This document shows positions 54,391 to 64,000 of a DNA stretch of 64,000 bases, one piece after another. A program made the translations under genes and the position numbers. A model generated the notes under the pieces. It ran no database searches, had not been told where the DNA came from, and worked only from the letters and a program-made list of their open reading frames with translations. The DNA lies in the NCBI RefSeq assembly GCF_009914755.1, contig NC_060926.1; one strand, written 5' to 3'. The number at the start of each line of letters is the position of its first letter. Positions within the stretch are counted from its first letter, which is position 1. The stretch comes from the human T2T-CHM13v2.0 reference genome, Homo sapiens.

Positions 54391-55022
54391 TGGTATCTAC
54401 TGTTTCAGCAGCTTGAACCACAAGCTGATGTTCCTCCATGCTCCAGCCAACACCAAAGGTCATTTTCTATTTCCTCTGGTTCTCCCACACTGGAATGGCT
54501 GAAATCCCACAGGCTGTGGAAGCTACTGAAGATCAAAGCTATTCCATGCCAGACAAATGCTTCTTCAAACCAGCATCTAACGATTCTACTTCAGGGATTA
54601 GGGAAAGAATACATTTTGTGATTGCTTTTAATTGGTACCTGTCGTCTGCTTGATAGAATTTTATTAACAGAAGTGTAAACATTCATTGCAATCTCAGAAC
54701 ACAGGAATCTTAAGCAGCTTATGAAATTCAATCAAAGTTCTTTTTATCTTTAGTGTTTGCTGATAACTCATTAAATGTTTCTCAATGTTACAAGTTCTAC
54801 AGCAGAAATATGCCTTGCAAATAAAAGTGATAATGTAGAGATGTTAACACAGCAAAAAGGTTGAGGGTTGCTCAACACTGCACAAAGTAGTAACAACCTT
54901 TCACTATAAAAGACTACTATTAACAGGAGAATAAATAGTCCATAGATATTACTATTTAAAAAAAATGAATAGAATCTACCAATTTTTTGCCCACCATCCC
55001 AATGTTATCAAACCCGTGTACA

Positions 55023-55025
<3 letters not shown>

Positions 55026-55058
<33 letters not shown>
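55026..55058. repeat. (CA)n microsatellite
   Basis: Direct reading. Confidence 0.95.
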
Positions 55059-55061
<3 letters not shown>

Positions 55062-56604
55062 TGCACATATACTTTTTTTGTAGAATTTAAGTTCTCTAGA
55101 TAACCCCAGGAGATTTTACAGTGAATCTAAATTCTACTGGAGATGGAAATGTTCTTGAGGCCTGTAGTCCATTTGATTCTCTGGAATGCAGTTGTTTTGT
55201 AACAGTCTAATTCTAGCAGATCTGCTCACAATAAGGCAGTAACAAATCTCATGATTTACACTCACTCAGCGGCTTAGGTACTGAGGTGTTAAGTGACAAT
55301 ATGGCGAACTAAATCTCAGTTTCTCCATTGGTTAATGTGCATCTACAAAGTAGAATCAGACAAACAGGCTATGACTGTATTAAAAACAAATCTGGATTAG
55401 GCTGATGGAATGGAAGTCCTCACATCTAGGCCAATTTTATAGTGCCCACACTGGCTGGTATGAGTGTTTCATGTTTAACTGGGAGGTGGTTTCTCTGAAC
55501 ACAGAAACCAGACATCAGGGGGTCTTTCTGGAATTAGGTGACCCAGTTTCACTGCTGACACTCTCCAGATATGCAGCATAGGAGGGGACATACTCAGCAA
55601 GAAGCCTCTGCTATAAGCTCCTAAGTGACACCAAGAGAAGCACTCTCTGAGAAATTCGTCACAGCAACTTTCTGACCATTGGAAAAATCCCTTTACTTGA
55701 ATGTCACAGAAGCCAATGTGATCAGAGGCCAACAAAATGGTACAGAGATGCTGTAGGTCTCAACCTCAGTCATAGTTGAGTTTTTATATCTGGCTACATT
55801 GAAATCTGAATAAATCACCCTGTTAAAATAATATTTGTCACATTGACATGTAAATGCGACTCTACATGTCTGATTTCTGTCTGTTTAACCCAGAGATAGG
55901 CACCATCAGCGAGTCTTTCTGGGTTTTGTTACTATGTTGTTCTCTTCTTCTATCTCTTGCGATGGATGGTTGGGAGTAAGGAAACGACTCAAAAATATGA
56001 GCTGGACCTACTGGGGTCTTACATTGTGGCTTTGTCTAAAGCTAGTCTTGTTTGCCCAGCTCCTCCCTTGCCCAGGATAGTCACAGAGTGGCCTGTAGCT
56101 CCTCTGGTGGCCTCATTTCTCCATGCCATCATGGCCCCGGGGAAATTCACTTTCACTCCAAAATGCCACTCTCACGGTCATCCTCCACAGTCATCAGTGC
56201 AAGCATCATCCATCTGACATTCTATCCTCTTCACACTGCTTAGCACCAGTTTCTGCAGTTCAAGGGACATTCAGTCCTAGTGCCTCTTCTGCTACCATTA
56301 TGCCACCGTCCACCCTGTCAATTTTCTCTTACTATGGGAATTAAAACTCTATTGGCAAGTGCTGTAGAGTTTAAATCTTTGGAACACAAAAGAACTCTTC
56401 TATCTTTGCTGGGCATAATGCTTAGCCTTTAGAAATGAAGGCTTATCTTCTTCAGATGATGCAATAGTTCATTTCCCATTCCCCAAACCTGCCTCTTCAA
56501 TGCAACTGTTGGTCACATTTGCACATCCCACTCCATGAAGTCCTCAAAAACACACCCTGCTCAAATAGGATTCATCACCCGGTAATGCAACTTTTTATCT
56601 GTAA

Positions 56605-56725
56605 AGCCTCCATGACTAGATTGGGGAAGGTTTTTGCTAGTGTATATTAGTCATCTTTTTATCCCCAGCACATAGAAAGCAGTGCCTGACACAGTAGATA
56701 CCCAGTATACTCTTAATGAATGACT
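56605..56725 (+). mobile_element. L2 3' end
   Basis: TATCCCCAGCACATAG...AGTGCCTGACACAGTAG...AATGAATGA. Confidence 0.6.
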
Positions 56726-58539
56726 TTTTAAATTTTTATCAATTTAGCAGTACACATTCTTAAGCATGACACCATAATTATCATCTCTTCCCTTTACATC
56801 ATGTTCTCCTTTTCCTTCTTTCTTGTAATTGCTTCAGAGGAGCAACCACACTGGAAATTGACACCTTCTTTCTTCTGTAATATATTTCACTCTAATCAGA
56901 CTTGCCAGCAGAATGACTTGGGCCAGAGCACAGCCCTGTAATTTAATGAGTAAAGTGCATTTAGCAGGTAATAGATGCCTCAAAAATTCACTTTAGCTAC
57001 ATTTAGCTTTGGTCACAGCAAATAATTAAGAGCCCTTGGCTACTCTTCCTTCTCAAATAAATACAATGTGAATCTAGAAGATGGTAAATTAAGTTTCAAA
57101 ACCTGCTGGTCGGCCTCATATCTTCTATCAGCCAAGTGGTCGCCAGAGTAAATAACACTCATTTCTCTCCGTGTCAAGACTTGGTAAGTTTGGACTGCTC
57201 TGAGTGTGGCTGCATGTTCTCCTTTCCCTTTGTGCCTGGGACCTCACCAATAGCTTCAGCTGTGGGTCTCAGGAAACAGACTTCATCTGGTTTACATTTC
57301 CTTTGAGCCCTACTCTACAGGCTAATGGGGAGATTTCAGATTTCTTTGCTAACACTATGGGCTAAGTAATGAAAATCCCAGTGGAATTCAGACTTCCTCA
57401 GTATTTATATATGTCTGTGGGGGCAATTTTGAGTTAATAATCTTTTCCTGAAACCACTTTATATTTCACAATTATTTCTGGCATTATTCCCTCTTTCCCA
57501 AAGGAAATTTCCTTAAGTTTATTGCTAGCACATACATAAAATGGTCATTCTAAAATGCTATGATATTGTTTGACTTTTTAGTTTACTCAAACTAATTTAA
57601 AAACAGCATAAATTAGTTTACTTAAACTAATTTATAACATTTGTTATGTTTTAATATAAGGATTTAAAGAACAATTATGAAATAGGAAAATTTTCAGAAG
57701 TACTTGGTCTTAATTACCAAGTTATTTAATCTAAACAAAGCCATAAATTTATCTGTTTACTTCTCTTCCTCCATTTCATTTCAACAACAAATACATGGGT
57801 TCAGTGGGATGATTTTAGTTTGGTTTAGATTCATTCTCCATCATACAACTGTTAAATTCTTCAAAATATTAACGACTTGGGCACCTCAGGTATTCCATAT
57901 TACTTAGAAATTGGGACTTTCTAAAAAACCCTTCTCATTTAAATAAAATTTATCCTATTGTAGATTGACATAGTTGTGAATTATGACCTAGACTGCTTTC
58001 ATTTCTATGTCTTTGGCTTTGAAATTTTACCTAAGTAGCTCATATGTGACGTTCCAAAGTGCTAGTGTTAACACAGGCCGAGGAGATGCCTGGTTTATCA
58101 GATGCAGTTTGGAGAAGCTGGTTTCTTTCCTTCTCTTTTTAAGAGTCTCCTGTCCCTTCTGAGGCTCCATAGCAGCCCAGTGAACTGCAGGAGTTGGGCT
58201 GCTTTTCATGTGAAGTCAACCATCTTGTTTTGTGGGATACTCTTCATCTTCAATTACAGCTATTGGTAATGGGCTCTCTGGTCGGCCAGCGTGGTTAACA
58301 GGCAGGAGGGCAAACAGGGAAGCAACAGAGAGGGGATGAGGCCACGGTTCCGGGACTGCTGCCACCATTTGCTTATTATGAGACAGCAGGCTCAGCTTCT
58401 CTGTCTTTCAAATAAAAGCAATAAAACGTATCTTAACAATTTCAGAGGGCTATTACAAAGATAAAAAGTGGTGGATATATTTTTTAATGCATCTAATATG
58501 CTATTATTTTAAAGATGATGCTATAAACCCAACAGAAAA

Positions 58540-58905
58540 ATAAATCATTTTTTTAAAAAGCAATTTATAAAAGTGAAAATACTAACCATCAATAAACATA
58601 TAAAGATGTTACCTTCTATAGTGATTAAAGACATACAAATTAAACTGATAAAGTTTTTTTTAAATATTGACTCATCAGGCTGATGTGGGCGGTAGGAAAT
58701 GAGTTTTCTTGCATATTGTAGGTGGAAGTATAATTTGGCCTAACAATAAAGGGAAACATTTTTCAAATGAATACAATTTAATATACATAAGCTTCATCCA
58801 GGAATTCTACTTATAAAAATCTATTCTAAGAAGATAACCAGAAAAGTATGCAAATATCTGTGTATAAGGATGTTTGGTACAATATTATTTATAATAGTGA
58901 AAAGT
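58540..58905 (+). mobile_element. Old L1ME-like fragment
   Basis: GTAGGTGGAAGTATAATTTGG...GGAATTCTACTTATAAAAATCTATTCTAAG...TATAAGGATGTT...TATTATTTATAATAG. Confidence 0.55.
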
Positions 58906-59894
58906 GTAGTTAGAATAAGCAGTAAAGTTATCATTTTGACAGGATATAAATGATATAATGGGCAGAATTTATTTTGAGTGCATTTAAGGCAAACTGGGAA
59001 GACGCTGCATTGTCAAATGGATTCACCTTTTTTTCTGAAAGTAATATTTGAGAGACGAATATAGACTGTCTAACAGTGCACAGGAAATCTGAGTTTGAAT
59101 CACATTTTCAAGACATATCTTCTTTGTCCTAGTCATTCTGTCTCATTCCATAAACTTCTATTTTGCTAAATTAAGATTACAGCTTTCAGCATGTTTCAAA
59201 TACACTCATATGACCCCTTCTCCACTGCCAACTCACATGCATGCACACACACACCCCACATTTTAACTACAAATGCTAACTTCAGGGGAAAACGTCAGAA
59301 AATGTTTCCTTCCTTCAGGTTAATGGCATACTGATATGACTTTCTGAAGGCTAGGAAGGTCTTTCCTATAGATATGAGCCTTGGGCAATGGATTTGTCAT
59401 CGTTTTCCTAGTTATTACATGTTATTTCAATTGTTCACAAGTAAAGCAGAAGAGACTGTTGTATTAGGAAAGTATCAGAAGAAAGGGAGAAGGAGTCATC
59501 AATATACTCCAGTATTTTTAAGAGTACCTGAAACATAGCAGATGTTCAAGAAATATTTGCTGAGTGAATAAATATTGTCTCCCTTGCTAGAGACTCACAC
59601 CATGAGCATGGCCTTTGCTGAGAGTAGTATCACAGCTGATAAGGCTGATTTACAGCTGGATGCATCACAGGCAGACTATGACTAAAAGTGGCTTTTTTTG
59701 GAGAAATTCCCACTACTTCATAATAATTTAATGAGGACATGAAGCAGTACAGAATCTCTACTCTTAGGGGTTCCATATCACCAACTCAGCTTCACCAAAG
59801 GTAGATTGTTAAACAAATCTTTCCTTTGTCCTGAGAAACACTGATTAAAATGAGGTGGCATTAGTACTGTTCTTTACATTTCTTGACATATTAA

Positions 59895-60006
59895 AATATA
59901 AGTTCTAGGGATATGATGTATAGCATGGGAACTGTACTTAATAATACTGTATTATATACTGGAAATTTCCTAAGATAGTAGATCTCTGCTAAGAGAGTGT
60001 TCTCAC

Positions 60007-60037
<31 letters not shown>

Positions 60038-60205
60038 ACACACACACACACACACAGAGACACACACACAAATGGTAACTATGTGAAGAGATGGATATGT
60101 TACTTAGCTTGACTGTAGTATTCAGTTCACTATGCATATGTATAGCAAAACATCATGTTGTATACCTTACATATAGACCATTCTTATTAAAAAAATTAAA
60201 AATTT
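59895..60205 (+). mobile_element. L1MA (8-10-like) 3' end with an internal (CA)n expansion
   Basis: ATAAGTTCTAGGGATATGATGTATAGCATGG...AAATGGTAACTATGTGA...AAAACATCATGTTGTATACCTT; A-rich tail. Confidence 0.8.
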
Positions 60206-61649
60206 GTAAAAAGAAATACATTCTGGTTATAAAGGCTGTATCCTATGCTTGTTACCTGAAAGGAGGAAAAAAGGAAGTCTCTGATCATTCATGTACCACA
60301 GAATGTACGGAAGTCTTTTTCTCACTTTTTGGAGGTCATTTTCCATTCTATTTCATTCCTCTCCTCCTGAGCTCATTTCCTGAGCCTGCTCAATAACTCT
60401 TAAAGTGTTCCCACCAAGTCAGGATAACTACACCCATCATGATTCATAGAGGTGACCAACTCCATTCTACAGTTTTTTCCTCAATGATAGCCTGCGGCAG
60501 TGGGCAAAACCCAGGAATTTATATGTCTACCCTCTTTAGAAAAGACTCATTTCTTCTAAATAATCACAGTAATGAGATCTTCACAGAGCAGCCACAAAAA
60601 ACCACTTTGTACAGGAAGAGGAAAAAATATCTTAGATTGGGTCTTTTTAACCAAATAAAAAAGAATATTGAGCTAGTTATGAGGTTATTCTAGAAATGGT
60701 TGCATCTTAATTTGGTCTGTTTAGTTTGTTCACTTTCCTTCAGTTCTCCAACCTCATAGTCCATCTACATATAGTTTTGTCAGCATTATGATTTGATCAC
60801 ACTACAACTCAGATTTGCCTAGAAAAGGTTGTTTCTATACTATTCTATATACTAGAATCTATATAATAGTCTATAGTCTTACAACCACTCTGACCTTCCT
60901 CATACGCTGTCTCCCAGGGCAAAAGGGAAATTTAACTGGTCCCATTAATGGCAAATCAGCTTACAACTGTCTCTTTCAGATAAATCTTCAGTCTTCTGCA
61001 GCCATGCTCCATGCCCTTTCTCCTCTCTGTCCCCATCAAAGGTTGTATTCTTTGTCTGCCTGTTGAGCCATTTGTCTGCTTGCTACGTGGACATCTGTGG
61101 CCAGTGAACTTGAGCTCTGTTTTCCCTTGGGGTGGATCTCCCTGCCATGATCATCTACCTATTCTCAGCCACTCTGCAGTGGTCGTGGCCTCCCCATCTT
61201 GTACTAGAAGTCTGCCCAGCAGACACAAGGTCACTTAAAGCCCACCTCTAAAAAGTATGCCTCCCTGTTGCTCAAATTCACCCATTAGTGCCATTAGTTA
61301 TTTTTTGCATCTATAAGTTTTACTTTAATATAGCTGCCAAAGTGGTGTTGAGACCACCCTCTGAGATGAATCCCAAGTGGGAACTGAGACAAACTCCTCT
61401 CAGCTTTTGCCTTCCCTTCAGTCTTTCCAGTGCAGCCCTCACCCTAAGACTGTGTCATGGACTGAGGTTGGAGTAAATGTGTAGAGCACACACCTCTGTC
61501 TGCCTCTCGAAACTCTGTGCTCTTTTCCTCCCCATAACCCACCAGTGTTATCACCATACCCCCTTCCTTAGAAGTGTAAATGATGAACAAGATTTAACTG
61601 AGCAGAGAATATAAATCAGGGGCTTTAAAATTATTCTTTACATTAAAAA

Positions 61650-62224
61650 TAGTGGTACCATGTGATCCAACAATTCCATATCTGGGTATATACCCAAAGG
61701 AATTGAAAGCAAAACTTAAAGAGATATTTGTACACCCATGTTCATAGCAGCATTATTCACAATAGCCAAAAGGTGGAATAAACCCAAATGTCCATCAACA
61801 GACGAGTGACTGAACAAAATGTGGCATATCCATACATTGGAATACTATGCAATCTTAAAAAGGAAGAAAAATTTGACACCTGCTACAACACGGATGAACT
61901 TGGAGGACATCATGCTAAGTAAAATAAATCAGCACAAAAAGACAAATAGTATATGATTCCACCTATATGAGATACCTAGAGTAGTCAAATTTATGCAGCC
62001 AGGAAGTAGAATGATGGTTGCCAGAGACTAAAGAGAGGGGAGAATGGGGAATTACTGCTTAATGGATATAGAATTTCAGTTTTGCAAGATGAAAAGCATT
62101 CTGGAGAGGGATGGCGGTGATGGTTGCACACTATGAATGTACTTAATATACCACTGAACTATACCACTTAAAAATAATTAAAATGGGAAATGTTATATTA
62201 TGTGTAATTTACCACAATGAAAAC
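61650..62224 (+). mobile_element. L1MB-type 3' end
   Basis: CCATGTGATCCAACAATTCC...CTGGGTATATACCCAAAGGAATTGAAAGC...GAATTTCAGTTTTGCAAGATGAAAA...TTTACCACAAT. Confidence 0.85.
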
Positions 62225-62669
62225 TTTTCTTAATGTATTTATTATGCCTGTTTACATCAGCACAAAATATTGAACAGAAAAAAATTCTATGAGATGGCAT
62301 GTCTAGGAGGCTTGTGTATATTCTGGCTCTAGTGACACTAAAAGCAGTGATTTGGTGATTCTAAAAGGAGGAAAGTAGGCAGGGAAGAAAGGGATCTTGA
62401 ATAATGTGGGAAAGTCTTCTAGAAAGCCCTTCACCCAGAAGGTATTCAGGTTTGCTTCACTAAACGAATGCCCTGCCACTTTGTTTATAACAAAAGAAGG
62501 TTCATAATACTTATTTTTTCTGAAATTTCTGCTTTGCATACAGGGCCATACTGTTGCCCAATTCCAAAGAACACAACTGGAGTTTTAGTCTCTGTAAATA
62601 GTGCTGCCTGGAGTTGTGGAATACTCCGTTGTATCCACAGTTCCTAGAATAGTACATGGTAAATAGGAA

Positions 62670-62760
62670 ACAGTAGAAGGAAAGAAGGAAGGAAGGAAGA
62701 AAGAAAGAAAAGAAGGAAGAAGAAAGGAAGGAGGAAAAAAGAAAGGAAAGAAGGAAAGGA
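62670..62760. repeat. GA-rich polypurine low-complexity tract
   Basis: (GGAA/GAAA)n. Confidence 0.85.
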
Positions 62761-62819
62761 ATTATATATATAAACTCCTTCTATGACATGTTGTAATTCT
62801 TTTTGATGATAGAGTTTGT

Positions 62820-63181
62820 TGTATTTAATAAATGTCAACTTGGCTAGGCTATGGTTTGGTCAAACACCAGTCTAAATGTTATGTTGCTGTACAGTTATTT
62901 TTTAGATATTTCACCTATAAGAAATATGTTTAATATTTAAGTCAGTAGACTTTGAGTAAAACCAATTTACCTCTATCATCTGGGGGGCCTCACCCAATCA
63001 GTTGAAGGCCCTAAAAGAAAAGACAGAGGCCCCTGAGGAAGAAGGAATTCTGCCTCCAGGCAGCACAGCTTTCAGATTTGAGACTGCAATATCAATTTTT
63101 TCCTGTGTTTCTAGCCTGTCACCCTGCTGTCTGGATTTCAGACTTGCCAGCCCCATAGTCATGTGAGCCAATTACTTGAAA

Positions 63182-63244
<63 letters not shown>

Positions 63245-63316
63245 TTCTGTGTGTGTGTGTACGTGTGTGCATATACACATTCTATTGGTTCTGTTTCTCT
63301 GGAGAACTCTAATACA
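62820..63316 (+). mobile_element. MLT2D-like ERVL LTR with an internal (TC)n(TG)n microsatellite
   Basis: TGTCAACTTGGCTAGGCTATGG...TTTGGTCAAACACCAGTCTA...CTATTGGTTCTGTTTCTCTGGAGAACTCTAATACA. Confidence 0.82.
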
Positions 63317-64000
63317 GATTTTGGAACTAGGAATGGGATCTATAAATCCTCATGTGGCCCCACCCCACCAGCCATAATCATGGAATTAAGGAGAGGAACC
63401 AAAATTAGAAAAACTCAACCAATGGAAATATCAGGTTTACATTCTCATTAGAGCAAAAATGGCAAGTTGATTTCACATCACTTGGCAACTCTTACCTATT
63501 GGTAGAAGCTACCCGGAACACGGTACTGAGAATGATTCTGAGGCACAATCCAGGATCAGCAGAAAAACATACTGTGATTGAGAACTGGAATTTGTCCTGG
63601 GCTCATCCTAGGCAATGTATTTACTATCTTTACTTTAGATGACAGAGCTCGAAATACTTTCTGTGGATAGAAATAAGCATAGAGAAATATCCAGATGACA
63701 TTATACTTCATTTTAATAGGCCTCGAATATTTTCACTTCTTTGGGGTCCTAGACGGCTCTATTTAAATTTGAGTATAACATTTATTCTCTTTATCCTCCT
63801 GTCCATGTTCTCTTTTGTCCTCTCAAAGAAACTCCAAACCAAGGTGTTCAGCCTTGTAAAAGACAGAAATGGAGAAATAGCCTCTCATTCTGCCTTTCAC
63901 ACCAATATACTCCATTCACTCCAAGGAAGCTGCACAATTCCCTCAGTCTACCCAACCAGTGGGAAACACCCCTCAAAGCCCAAAATGTATGATTGGGCTA

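Overview
Gene-poor, repeat-saturated stretch of a catarrhine primate genome, most likely human (AluJ/S/Y, THE1, MER41, HERV-L/MLT2A, L1PB). I see no intact protein-coding gene, RNA gene or CRISPR-like array. All recognisable ORFs are decayed retroelement fragments. The left third holds a complete, defective HERV-L provirus (1058-7572, minus strand, TTCAC target-site duplication, tRNA-Leu primer site, gag-pro-pol-dUTPase) and a full-length L1PB element (about 8502-15040, minus strand, TSD). The rest is a dense field of about 30 LTRs, roughly 24 kb or 38% of the window including the proviruses, several of them nested, plus Alus, MIR/L2, hAT MITEs and old L1/HAL1 pieces. The most interesting non-routine signals are a very young 150-bp dispersed duplication with a fold-back junction (20229-20385 vs 22032-22180), a head-to-head inverted pair of MER39-type LTRs sharing a 40-bp perfect core, and two convergent THE1 LTRs with intact DUX4 motifs. 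I found no convincing novel biological system. Subfamily names come from recalled consensus sequences and need RepeatMasker/Dfam confirmation.
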